NCBI GenBank assembly: GCA_051546255.1
Contig: CP128815.1
Coordinates: 1,922,001-1,986,000, forward strand
Direction: 5' to 3'
Source of the DNA: Meyerozyma guilliermondii
Lineage: Eukaryota
DNA length: 64,000 nt
Every line of letters starts with the position of its first letter. The stretch's first letter is position 1. The notes under the pieces were generated by a model that saw nothing but the letters and a program-made list of their open reading frames with translations, had not been told where the DNA came from and made no database searches. Below, in pieces: positions 51,879 to 62,363 of this stretch. The position numbers and the translations under genes are program-made.

Positions 51879-54284
51879 ATGTCACTTCAGGATCTCATCC
51901 CTGTGGTGAACAAGCTCCAGGACATTGTCACCACCACCCAGTTAGCAGACTTGGATCTTCCAATTCTTGCTGTGGTGGGTTCGCAATCGTGTGGAAAATC
52001 GTCTGTTTTGGAGAATATTGTAGGCAAAGACTTTCTTCCTCGAGGCACTGGAATCGTCACCAGAAGACCGTTGGTACTCCAGCTTATCAATATCAAGGCA
52101 GAGGATGCGAGGAAAGTAGCACAGTACTCCGAGGAGGAAACTGAGGTGGATTTGGAAGCACATTTGCGCAAGCAAACCTCCAAAACAAAGAGCAGCAAAG
52201 ACCAAGTTCGGGAATGGGGTGAATTTTTGCACATTCCAAAGAAGAAGTTTTTCAATTTCCACGACATTCGTAATGAGATTGAAAACGAGACTGCTAGAAT
52301 TGCTGGCGAAAACAAGGGTATCAGTAGAATCCCAATCAACTTGAAGATTTACTCGCCCAACGTGTTGAATTTGACAGTGGTGGATCTTCCTGGATTGACC
52401 AAAATACCCATTGGTGACCAGCCCACCGATATCGAGAGACAGACGAGATCCCTCATTCTGGAGTATATCGCCAAGCCAAACTGTATTATCTTGGCGGTGT
52501 CGCCAGCCAATGTCGACTTGGTCAACTCAGAATCGTTAAAACTCGCAAGGCAAGTCGATCCCACGGGAAAGAGAACCGTTGGTATCTTGACCAAGCTTGA
52601 TTTGATGGACCAGGGAACGAATGCTTTGGACATTCTCAAGGGTAATGTGTATCCATTGAAGCTTGGATTCATTGGCATTGTCAATAGATCCCAACGTGAT
52701 ATCTCCGAGAACAAGCTGTTGGAAGACTCACTTTTTGCGGAGCAGCAGTTCTTTGCTAGCCACCCCTCCTATAAAACCATGTCCAACAAGTGTGGTACCA
52801 GGTATTTGGCCCAGACCTTGAATAAGATATTAATGAATCATATTCGTGATCGTCTTCCAGACATCAAGGCCAAGTTAAACACTCTCATGGGACAAACTGA
52901 ACAGGAATTGGCAGCCTATGGCGATACCCCTGCCAATTTAAACGATTCCAAAGAGGGACGTGGTGCGTTGGTTTTGAGCTTGATGACCAAGTTCGCCAAT
53001 AGCTTTGTCAATTCTATCGAAGGTACATCCATGTCCGAAGTCAGCACCAAAGAACTTTGCGGTGGTGCTCGTATCTATTACATTTACAATGAAGTATTTG
53101 GATCTCAGTTGGCGTCGATCAACCCCACTCACAACTTGTCTATCCATGACATCAGAACAGCAATCCGCAACTCCACTGGTCCTCGTCCATCGTTGTTTGT
53201 GCCAGAACTCGCGTTCGACCTCCTCGTTAAACCCCAAATCAAGCTTCTCGAAGAACCTTCACACAAGTGCGTGGAACTCGTTTATGAGGAGTTGATGAAA
53301 ATAGTACACAACGTCTGCTCCACTGGCATAGGAGTGGAATTGAACAGATATCCTCGTCTTCAAAGCAAGCTTATTGAGGTTGTTTCAGACTTATTGAGGG
53401 AACGTTTGGGTCCCACCATCAAGTATGTGGAACTGTTGATCGAGATCCACACTGCTTATATCAATACCAACCATCCCAATTTTGTTGGCGCTGCCAAGGC
53501 TATGAGCATGGTTGTGGAAGAGCGTCAACGTCAAATGGAGTTCAACCTGAAAGACAAATTGAAGTTGGCCAGCGAGCGCATCCTCAACGGGAACAGAAGT
53601 GACTCTCCTGAAGAGAATAGCGAGAGCGAGAAGGACAGCGATGGAATGGATATCAATGAAGTGGATGATGTCATCAAACCAGTTAAGCATAAAAAAACGG
53701 ACTCCAAACAAAATGGAGCCTTGCGGTCCGATTCAACACCCACTTTGACCGGGGGAACACCACACGATTCTTATTTAAATTACTTCTTTGGCAAGGACCC
53801 AATAACGCACCAACAATACCTCCAAACCCAGGCACAACTAAATCCCACGCCATTCAAGTTTCCCCAGCAACACGAATCCACATTGAAATTCAACTCTAGC
53901 TTTGTTCCAAACGAGACGAATGGATCAGTTTCGCCAGATATGAAGGCGTTGAGCCTCAGTGACCTGTTTGACAGCGACGAGACCATCAACGAGCTCAGTG
54001 AGCGCGAGCAACTCGAATGCGAATTGATTAGAAGGTTGATCATCTCGTACTTCAGCATTGTCAGGGAGATGATCCAAGACCAGGTGCCCAAGTCGATCAT
54101 GTGTCTCTTGGTGAACTACATAAAACAGCATATCCAGAACCGATTGGTGGTCAAGCTCTACAACGATGTTATGTTTGACGACTTGTTGCAAGAAGATGAA
54201 ACCATTCAAATGGAGCGGGAGAAATGCGTGGATTTGTTAAATACCTATCGCGAGGCATCGCGGATCATCAGCGATGTCGTCTAG
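51879..54284 (+). CDS. DNM1: Dynamin-related mitochondrial fission GTPase
   Basis: MSLQDLIPVVNKLQD, GSQSCGKSS, DLPG, TKLD, YLNYFFGKD insert, GED domain; near RTT109 as in S. cerevisiae. Confidence 0.95.
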   Translation: MSLQDLIPVVNKLQDIVTTTQLADLDLPILAVVGSQSCGKSSVLENIVGKDFLPRGTGIVTRRPLVLQLINIKAEDARKVAQYSEEETEVDLEAHLRKQTSKTKSSKDQVREWGEFLHIPKKKFFNFHDIRNEIENETARIAGENKGISRIPINLKIYSPNVLNLTVVDLPGLTKIPIGDQPTDIERQTRSLILEYIAKPNCIILAVSPANVDLVNSESLKLARQVDPTGKRTVGILTKLDLMDQGTNALDILKGNVYPLKLGFIGIVNRSQRDISENKLLEDSLFAEQQFFASHPSYKTMSNKCGTRYLAQTLNKILMNHIRDRLPDIKAKLNTLMGQTEQELAAYGDTPANLNDSKEGRGALVLSLMTKFANSFVNSIEGTSMSEVSTKELCGGARIYYIYNEVFGSQLASINPTHNLSIHDIRTAIRNSTGPRPSLFVPELAFDLLVKPQIKLLEEPSHKCVELVYEELMKIVHNVCSTGIGVELNRYPRLQSKLIEVVSDLLRERLGPTIKYVELLIEIHTAYINTNHPNFVGAAKAMSMVVEERQRQMEFNLKDKLKLASERILNGNRSDSPEENSESEKDSDGMDINEVDDVIKPVKHKKTDSKQNGALRSDSTPTLTGGTPHDSYLNYFFGKDPITHQQYLQTQAQLNPTPFKFPQQHESTLKFNSSFVPNETNGSVSPDMKALSLSDLFDSDETINELSEREQLECELIRRLIISYFSIVREMIQDQVPKSIMCLLVNYIKQHIQNRLVVKLYNDVMFDDLLQEDETIQMEREKCVDLLNTYREASRIISDVV

Positions 54285-54295
54285 AATATGAAAGA

Positions 54296-54871
54296 TTAGC
54301 GTGGAGGCCGACTATATACATATATGCTGATACCTTTAGGTATGATGATTCTTTTGGAACCTATGGAGTACTGAGACTCCTTCTTCTCCAGTACAAGCTC
54401 GTTGTCGTCATCCGGATCCTGTTTAAACAAATACTTTGTTTCTCTTGTCAATAGTTCTGTATCACATTTGGAAAAATGAATGTTTTTTTGTTCGAGGTAT
54501 TCTTGGTCTCGGTTGGTGAGCGAATTGAGGTAGAATCGCAACTGGAGCATGATGTGAACCGGCACTTTTACATAGCATTTCCAGTCAGTTTTATCGAGCA
54601 CAAATGTCACCTGTGTAGTTTTGGAGCTCGAATGATTGATTTCCAGGTTTAAGAGAACATCCATTAAGGAATGTCGAATATTTGAAACGAGTGAATCGAG
54701 GTCGGCATTGGAAAGCCTGATGATATTGATTCTTGAAAGATGAAGAATAGACCTTTGGTTAACAGCAACCACTGACGATTTTGTAGACGCTAGTAGCTTT
54801 CTCCTGTGTACGAAAACCCGTATGGGAAAGGCATCGTGGGGCCCCACAGAGACATAAGTAAGTGTAGGCAT
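54296..54871 (-). CDS. Hypothetical protein (191 aa)
   Basis: ATG ORF filling the gap convergent with DNM1; FPIRVFVHRRK and IRLSNAD look like conserved yeast sequence but were not identified. Confidence 0.7.
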   Translation of the reverse strand: MPTLTYVSVGPHDAFPIRVFVHRRKLLASTKSSVVAVNQRSILHLSRINIIRLSNADLDSLVSNIRHSLMDVLLNLEINHSSSKTTQVTFVLDKTDWKCYVKVPVHIMLQLRFYLNSLTNRDQEYLEQKNIHFSKCDTELLTRETKYLFKQDPDDDNELVLEKKESQYSIGSKRIIIPKGISIYVYSRPPR

Positions 54872-55359
54872 AAAGAGAAGTTCGCGAAGAAAGAAAAGGA
54901 CTGCAGTGGGGAATATAGTTTGAAGGATTATTTTTCAAACTGAAAAAGAAAATTTGTGAAGGGAAACTATTTGAGCTAGATGGATACGACAGATAGAAAT
55001 CTCGTTTGCTTGTAGTTCAAGTTCATACTGTATTATTCATACGGTAGAACTGGTCTTCTCAACGACTCATCTTATTTCGGGCGGTAGGCCCATTTCCTGC
55101 ACACAATCAATAGATAAGGGCTAATTTTAGCTTTAGTATCTATACATTCCTTCCTCAAAAATGATTAATTTCATGAAATCTGGCTCAATTGGCCACCAGA
55201 ATACACAGAGGATCACAAATTTAACGAAAAAACTTGCATAACTTCTTCTTTTTCCACACCTTTATCACCATCTCTTCTCCAGAGGTAAGTGACCTGCATA
55301 CAGCAAACCCAAAATCCCACGTTCTCGCGCACGCTACCTTTACACACTTGTCCTCAGAG

Positions 55360-56481
55360 ATGTATTCTCGTGGATTACTTTCGTTCTGGTTACCGGTATT
55401 GGTACTCATATGTGTGGTGCTATCGACTCTCCGCATGTACCAAGTACTGCTGCTCCTGGAAAAGACGTATAAAGGAAGCCGAGGTTACTCACGTTTAGTC
55501 CATGAAGACAAGGCGTTTAATTACACCAAAATTACCTACGTGAATAATGACACTCCAAAGACGTTGGCCGACGATTCGTTACTCTTCGTGGCCACGATTG
55601 CCAATCTGGAGTCGTATGGTCCAGGCCGTCAATTTCAAGACTTTTTTTCTGTCATCAAGTCGTTTGATTATGACGAAAATGCCATTTCCTTGGGGTTCTA
55701 TTTTGGTGACGAGTCCGAGTTCAATACAGTGGACAAGTATATCCACCACTACTTTGCCCTGGTGAAGGCTAACAACCAGAACGCGCCCTCCGTCAATAAA
55801 GTCACCATTCTCTTCGCACCTTTTTTGGAAAAAGACTATAATAGTATTGATCGAAGTCAAAGACACAACGACAATGTCCAGCGGTTGCGCCGAAGAAACA
55901 TTGCCCGAACCAGAAACTTTGCGTTGTTGCACACTCTCGCCGAAGAACGCTACACCGTGTTCATGGATGCCGATGTAGTGGCCATCAAGAACCCAGATAT
56001 GATCCATCAGTTCATCGCTTCTAAGAAAGACATCATAGTGCCTCGTGTGATAAGAGGTAGCCTTATTGACTACGACAGAAACTCTTGGGTAGGAGAACGG
56101 ACGGTGCCGAACGAAGAACAACTATTGAAAATGGATCAAAATGACTGGGAACATTGGGATTATGTTCCTCTAGATGTTCCCGGCAAGATGATTCATTTCC
56201 AGGACTTGATCGAACAGCAAGAACAAACGCCGCCTGATGATGTCAGTCGTAGACCAGACTACATTGTCAAACTTGATTCCGTTGGCGGTGCCATTCTCTT
56301 TGCCAAGTCCATGATCTACAAACAAGGTGTGGTATTTCCTCCCAATTATATCATTGGCACCACCTGGCAACGCCTTGAAGGCTACGATGGTATAGAAACA
56401 GAGGGTCTTTGCTACATTGCCAAATCCCTAAACTATGAGTGCTGGGGTATGCCCAACATGGTGGGACAGCACGTTGACTAG
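55360..56481 (+). CDS. GT62 (Anp1/Van1/Mnn9 family) Golgi mannosyltransferase-like protein
   Basis: Type II anchor; RH...Q.LRRRNIARTRN, MDADV (DxD), KDIIVP, YDRNSW, LDSVGG, IETEGL. Confidence 0.85.
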   Translation: MYSRGLLSFWLPVLVLICVVLSTLRMYQVLLLLEKTYKGSRGYSRLVHEDKAFNYTKITYVNNDTPKTLADDSLLFVATIANLESYGPGRQFQDFFSVIKSFDYDENAISLGFYFGDESEFNTVDKYIHHYFALVKANNQNAPSVNKVTILFAPFLEKDYNSIDRSQRHNDNVQRLRRRNIARTRNFALLHTLAEERYTVFMDADVVAIKNPDMIHQFIASKKDIIVPRVIRGSLIDYDRNSWVGERTVPNEEQLLKMDQNDWEHWDYVPLDVPGKMIHFQDLIEQQEQTPPDDVSRRPDYIVKLDSVGGAILFAKSMIYKQGVVFPPNYIIGTTWQRLEGYDGIETEGLCYIAKSLNYECWGMPNMVGQHVD

Positions 56482-56645
56482 AAGCACTATTTATAATAAT
56501 TTGTATACTAGAGATGTTTTCTGGTTCGTGAGAATAGAATGCTATTTATGATGATTGCTAATCTACTGTTGTACCTTTATACTTCTCTATACTTGTCTCA
56601 ATACTTGTCTCTTTAGTTAATTTCGCGTCGCGATTTTTCATCACC

Positions 56646-57881
56646 ATGACTTTGGGTGAGGCATTGGCTCCATATCTACCCAAGGACACCAAATTCAAGG
56701 CATTGCATGTGTACACGGTGACATACGAAACAAAGGATTTCATCTGTGTAAGAACAAAGAACCCAGAAAAACCACAGACCTTCAAGAATAAGCATTTTTT
56801 AGCTTTGGTTGACTCAGATCAACAGATAATTCTCGGATTGGAGCTTTATGTGTACCTTATATGCACCAATGACTCTACAATCAACCATATATTTGTATCG
56901 AAAGCAGATACTACAGGTTTGTCAAAGCACAAAGTAAAAGTGGCCGATATAGTTCGGACTATGATAAGTTACGTTGACAACATCGATATCAAAGAACACA
57001 CCAAACATGTTGAACGCAAGAGAAAGGCAATTGAAACACACAGCAGTGCTGAAGGGTCCCCAGTAGTAGCGGCAGTGAGGTCTTTGGTTGACAAATTGCG
57101 TTCTGAACCATCATTTTACCGGACGTTGGTCCATGATCAAAGCAGCGAAAAAACTCCAATATGCGTCTCCAATAATGTAATTCACCGCATATCGCTATTT
57201 ACCAGATCCTCAGAGCAGTATCTTTTTCCAGAGTCGTCAGAGAACAAAAATAAGCATATCATCAACGGGAACCAATTGTTGGAATGGTGGATAGGTATCT
57301 TGGATGGAATAGCAGTCCAGAGAAAATGGCAGTGTTATGTCACCATACCAGGTTCTGACTCCGAGTCTATGAAAAAGTACATTTCGAAGGTCAATGGGTC
57401 GTGGACTCTAGGTTCTATCTTTGACGAGAACGAAAATTCACCTGCCATATATACTATTCCCTTGTTGCCTGACGATCCCAAGGGCCGCTTTCTAGAACAC
57501 TTGGTGGTAGAAGGACGCCATAAGACCGTTAGCACCAAAGACTTTTGGGAAGAACTAGGGTTTCGCCAGGAGTTCCGTATAGGCAATGTTGTGGGTATTT
57601 TAGGATGTGAACTGTCTTTGGACACCAAGCAGGGTTCCAACATGTTACCAAAGCCAGTGAAAAGAGCACAGTACCGTCAAGTGATCAAAGCAATCAAAAG
57701 AGCTGATTTTAGTGACAGTGAAGATGTTAGATCGTTGGTTGAAAGAGAGATACCAAATTTGATTGGTGATGTATATGAAGATGTTATTGGGACACAAGAT
57801 ACTAAACACCCTAAAATAGAAAAGAGGCTGGCTCCAGTGGTGAACAATATAACTGGGCTTGTGAAACGCAAAAAGCAATGA
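56646..57881 (+). CDS. RTT109: Histone H3K56 acetyltransferase
   Basis: FVSKADTTG, LFTR...QYLFP.S..N..KH, LLEWW, DDPKGRFL, FWEELGFRQE. Confidence 0.93.
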   Translation: MTLGEALAPYLPKDTKFKALHVYTVTYETKDFICVRTKNPEKPQTFKNKHFLALVDSDQQIILGLELYVYLICTNDSTINHIFVSKADTTGLSKHKVKVADIVRTMISYVDNIDIKEHTKHVERKRKAIETHSSAEGSPVVAAVRSLVDKLRSEPSFYRTLVHDQSSEKTPICVSNNVIHRISLFTRSSEQYLFPESSENKNKHIINGNQLLEWWIGILDGIAVQRKWQCYVTIPGSDSESMKKYISKVNGSWTLGSIFDENENSPAIYTIPLLPDDPKGRFLEHLVVEGRHKTVSTKDFWEELGFRQEFRIGNVVGILGCELSLDTKQGSNMLPKPVKRAQYRQVIKAIKRADFSDSEDVRSLVEREIPNLIGDVYEDVIGTQDTKHPKIEKRLAPVVNNITGLVKRKKQ

Positions 57882-58164
57882 ATCACACCAAGAATCTCAA
57901 GAACCGAAGCTGAACATTAACCGCCTGTTTTGCCGCCTTCAAACTGCCCTTGAATGATCTCCAATGCATTCTGAATAACAAGAAGGTGATAGACCGGTAC
58001 ACGGGCCCAGTTCGAGTGAAAATGGTACGTAAAAGCATAATTGAGTAAGGAATTTGCAGCCATCGCACAGAACCACAAACAAAATCTGGGGTAGAAAATC
58101 TCAGAAATTTTTGAAAATTACTGATATGTTATTACAACTGGTTTCTGCTTCATAACTGAATGGC

Positions 58165-58196
58165 ATTGAATTGAATTGAGTTGAATTGAATTGAAT
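58165..58196. repeat. (ATTGA)n pentanucleotide microsatellite
   Basis: attgaattgaattgagttgaattgaattgaat in the intergenic region. Confidence 0.8.
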
Positions 58197-58634
58197 GAAC
58201 TGACAATATATTGATGGTTCAAATGCATTGGATTGAATCAGCATGCATCAGCGTGCATTGACTTCATGGCCATCCACAACTAAAAAACAAAGTCAATTGA
58301 CATCATACCGCCAGTGAACGGTCAAAACTATCGGCTGAGTAACATTGTCTCATTAGCTTCGCTTCAGTGCTAAGGCTTGCCTAGACCGCTGGGGCTATGC
58401 TATATGCAGACAACGTGCTTGTGCAGCGCCCCCTTCCCCCCATTCCTGCATTGGAACAAGAAAGATAGCAGTGGCTTCATTTCAATTGAAATTCATTTTC
58501 TTTACCATATCGTATTACCGATCGTTTCGAGCCGAAATATTTTTTGTGTACCAAATCAGGCTAAAAAGTTTCGACATTCAACCCAACTACACATTTATTC
58601 AAATTTCTTCAAATTTCTACAAATTTCCGCCAAC

Positions 58635-59180
58635 ATGATCTCACCTACAAGTCCGAAACTCAAGCAAGTTTCCACAATAAACAGCGATATAAGAAGCGGA
58701 AGAGCACTGGCGAAAAGCGCAGCTTCCAACACGCCATCCAGCAGTCTTTCAAACACCCGAAATAACCGGTCGCCCAATCCGCCAACCAAACGCTACTCGA
58801 CTCATGATATCTCTTCGGTGCCACAACTGCCGGAAATGTCCAACGAACAGGTGTTCGATTTGATGGAGAAGGAACAAGACAAGATCGTGGTGAAAATGAC
58901 ACGTGAGATCAGCCAGCTCCAGGAAGAACTTAAGGCATTGAGAGCACAATCCAGCAGTCGCAATCGCCGGTCGTCTTCGATATCTTCCAATGCCTCCTTG
59001 GAAATTCCCCGGGGCGAAGCCCATACGGCGGCGACAATAAGGCGCTCCTCGTCAAGCTCACACACTCACCAGCTTCCCCAGGCCCAATTGCATGAATTGG
59101 CACAAGAAAATGCTGCACTCAAGCACGAGAACGAAGCGTTGAAGCGCGAGATAGAATCGCTAAAGGCACAATTACGGTAG
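58635..59180 (+). CDS. Ser-rich coiled-coil protein, YLR257W-like
   Basis: DLMEKEQDKIVVKMTREISQLQEE motif and C-terminal coiled coil. Confidence 0.7.
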   Translation: MISPTSPKLKQVSTINSDIRSGRALAKSAASNTPSSSLSNTRNNRSPNPPTKRYSTHDISSVPQLPEMSNEQVFDLMEKEQDKIVVKMTREISQLQEELKALRAQSSSRNRRSSSISSNASLEIPRGEAHTAATIRRSSSSSHTHQLPQAQLHELAQENAALKHENEALKREIESLKAQLR

Positions 59181-59308
59181 TTGTTTGCGTTTAAATCTTG
59201 TCTAGGAGATACCCCATGACATTCCTTAGATTCTCGTGTCCACCTATTTGTGTTGCACAAATATTGCACCCACTTGCAACCACGATTTCGCATCCACAGA
59301 AACTCTGT

Positions 59309-60205
59309 ATGCATCTATTCGTTGTCGTTGCCATTCTACACTATGCCTGTGCCCTGATCCTTCCATGGAGATCACTGCCAGTTCTCTCCAAGGCCGTTGA
59401 TCCTCCGGTTCCGTTTCCTAAATGGCTCTCCGATTTCACCGGTTTGACACAATGGCCAGGGCTCGATCCACCATACATTCCTCTTGAGTTTATTAATTTT
59501 GCAAAGGTTCCCGCTGTCCCTCAACACGCCCAAGCACAATGTGCAACGTTGTACCGAGACTCCTGTTCATTTGATTGTTTCAATTGCATTTCTTTCGATG
59601 ACGTCTACACTTGTCCGCAGCTTTCACAAACGTTCGATGATGGTCCTTCACCTGCAACCGTTAAACTTCTCGAGCAAATTAATACCAAGTCAACTTTCTT
59701 CACACTAGGCGTCCAAGTGGTCCAGTACCCTAGTATTTATCGCCAGATTGTCGAGCGTGGCCATGTTATAGGTTCCCATACTTGGTCGCACAAGTTTCTT
59801 CCTGGATTATCGAACGAGGAAATTGTGGCTCAGATAGAATGGTCAATTTGGGCCATGAATGCCACAGGAGGACACATCCCAAAGTGGTTCCGGCCACCAT
59901 ATGGAGGTGTGGATAACCGTGTGAGGTCAATTGTGCGGCAGTTTGGCATGCAAAGTGTATTATGGAACTTTGACACTTTTGACTGGAAACTTTTAGACCT
60001 GGCTTATGGCAGAGACGAGAAGGAAATTTATCGAGATGTGGCTAAATTCCGTGAAGCTAATAACAACCAGGGGTTGATTTTAGAGCATGACGCCGTGATG
60101 AGAACCGTCAATATTGGTATCGAGGTGAACAAGATTTTGGGCCCATCTCAACTAACCGTTCCTCAATGCGTTGGGGGAATCGATTACATCAAGCGATTTA
60201 ACTAA
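59309..60205 (+). CDS. CDA2: Chitin deacetylase (spore wall CDA1/CDA2 family)
   Basis: Signal peptide; WPGLDPPYIPL, TFDDGP, HTWSH, FRPPYG, LILEHD CE4 motifs. Confidence 0.93.
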   Translation: MHLFVVVAILHYACALILPWRSLPVLSKAVDPPVPFPKWLSDFTGLTQWPGLDPPYIPLEFINFAKVPAVPQHAQAQCATLYRDSCSFDCFNCISFDDVYTCPQLSQTFDDGPSPATVKLLEQINTKSTFFTLGVQVVQYPSIYRQIVERGHVIGSHTWSHKFLPGLSNEEIVAQIEWSIWAMNATGGHIPKWFRPPYGGVDNRVRSIVRQFGMQSVLWNFDTFDWKLLDLAYGRDEKEIYRDVAKFREANNNQGLILEHDAVMRTVNIGIEVNKILGPSQLTVPQCVGGIDYIKRFN

Positions 60206-60334
60206 ACATTTACTTGCTAATTAGTATAAATACAGAATTGAGCGACAGAAAGAATAACCAACTTGTCATAATCTTCACTTCAAAATAAGAAATCAAACAA
60301 TGAGTAGAGTGAGCATAGACAAATGTAGCGAAGC

Positions 60335-61159
60335 TTAGGCAGAAGCAGTGACCACTGGAGCGCTCTTGCTCGATTCAGCAGCGCCGTTCAAGAGCTCCTG
60401 GCCCTTGGCGGCAGCTTCGTTCACCTTTGGCTTGATTCCGTTCTTGGCTTCGGCAATGAAAAAATCAGCCTTATTCTGGGTGGTGGTTGCAACATCGACA
60501 ACGTAGTCTTGGGTTTGATCTTTCAATGGACGAATGAAACTGTTGTTGATGTCGGACACAAACTTGATCAAAGTGTTGTATGAGGCAACTGCCTTCTTTT
60601 GCAAACCTCCAGAAACATTTTCCAAAGCGGCAACTTCCTTATTGTAGCTATCGGTAACGGAGTTGGTTACTTCGGACGACTTGGCGGTGGCCAATTGTTT
60701 GGAACGCGAGTATGTTTCGTTGAGAATCCTGAAGAACTTGGAAACCTCTGACGACTCCTTCAAGTCATCCAACTTGAATGTGGCCTTGTTCTCGGTAGCC
60801 GATCCAGGCAAGTACTTGTCTACGGTATTGTAGATGTAGGAGTTGACAGGAGCCAAATATTTCTTCTCAACGGTGGAGACAGGATGGAAGTTGTTAGCCT
60901 TATCAACAACTTGATCCACTCTGGTCAATACCACCAGGTCAACTTGAGAGTCGACCCAGTTCAAATTGTTTTTAACCACGGGGAAAGGAGCCACGAAATT
61001 GGCAAAAAAGAATCCCGTTATAAGATAAGCTTGTTGATAAACATAGCTTACCAAGCTGTAAGACAAGGCGTAATCGGTAACATCCTTGATAATGGGATAA
61101 CCCACAACGTGCTCGATGGATTTAGAGCTGAGTTGCTTGTTGGCAATTTCCTTGGCCAT
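60335..61159 (-). CDS. PET10: Perilipin-like lipid droplet protein (Pet10/Pln1, Sps4 family)
   Basis: SKSIEHVVGYPII N-terminus, amphipathic helical composition; adjacent to NAP1 as in S. cerevisiae. Confidence 0.7.
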   Translation of the reverse strand: MAKEIANKQLSSKSIEHVVGYPIIKDVTDYALSYSLVSYVYQQAYLITGFFFANFVAPFPVVKNNLNWVDSQVDLVVLTRVDQVVDKANNFHPVSTVEKKYLAPVNSYIYNTVDKYLPGSATENKATFKLDDLKESSEVSKFFRILNETYSRSKQLATAKSSEVTNSVTDSYNKEVAALENVSGGLQKKAVASYNTLIKFVSDINNSFIRPLKDQTQDYVVDVATTTQNKADFFIAEAKNGIKPKVNEAAAKGQELLNGAAESSKSAPVVTASA

Positions 61160-62363
61160 TATGATCTATGTGTATAAAACTCCAATAGAGAAAAAGAAGC
61201 ACCAATTTCTGATGATGCAACAATAAGAAAGTGACCTGTAATAAAAATAACAGGGGTTATGGGGCAAGCTTAACTTAAGCAACCACAATAAATTTGAAAG
61301 TCTAGGGCGTGGGTGCGGCTCAGGGCTTTTTTTTTCTCTTATCAGCAGATTTGCGACACAGAAAAATACTCGATTTGTAGATGTGGACACCACTTGTGGA
61401 AACGAATGACCAATATCAAACGTTAAAAAATTTCCAGAACAATTGAGTTTGTCTCTAGTAGGTAAGACAATTTTAAATAATGGGATGTACCACTAACTTT
61501 TATAGTACGAAAGGTGACGCATGAAGGCCATCACAGACCTGGTTGCATCTGGCATGTGAAATTGCCCCCCGACTGTCGCTTACGTCATAGACGCGCAAAG
61601 GTTTAATAAAGGTCCACAAAAATTTTAAAACTGAGCAAAAACAAACTAGGGCGCAGGAACTTGTGTGGTGGGTTGTGCATGAACAAAAAATAAATCTAAA
61701 GCTTAATTGAAGGGGCAAAGTAAATATATGTATGACGTCGGCATTTGGAAAATACATTTGTTAAATAATTTCCTCAAATTGGAATGTGGATGCTTGTGGA
61801 TGCTTGCGGACTGTGCTCCCAATGTAGTCATAGGTAACCCTTTACTAGCCATCAATTATTCGTAAGTTTACCCGCACCACATCCGCACCACCGCATCGCG
61901 CATAGCCCGAGATGCCGAGGCGGATCGTCGGAGTAGGGTTAGGGAGAGTCCGGGTTCGGCCGGTGCGGGAGAGGAAAGGAAAGGGAAAAATAAAAAGTAG
62001 GGAGTAGAAGAAAGTGTAGAGGAAAACGTAGAGAAAGAAAGTAAGACAGTGGAAAGAAGAAGCTTGAAGAAAGAACAAAAGAACAATTCTAGAGTATATT
62101 TAGACTTTGTAGATGCAGGGAGACTGTACAGACCACAGCAATTGATTACCATGTACCTTTTCGCCAACGTCTCCGCACGATATTACCGGTACCTGTGCGG
62201 GCTAATAACCTAGTGGCAGAGCAGTTTCTGTCAACATTTCATCGTTTTTTGTGGCTAGGGTGTTGGCATGTGAAGTTGCAAAATCGCACGGCTGAATTGA
62301 GACTGACTCTATTGTATTGTATAAAATTTTCACAGGCAAATACCATTGAAACACTATCTAGAA

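Noticed and set aside
55285..55290. GTAAGT donor-like site upstream of the GT62 gene
   Set aside because: No TACTAAC-like branch point before the ATG at 55360.
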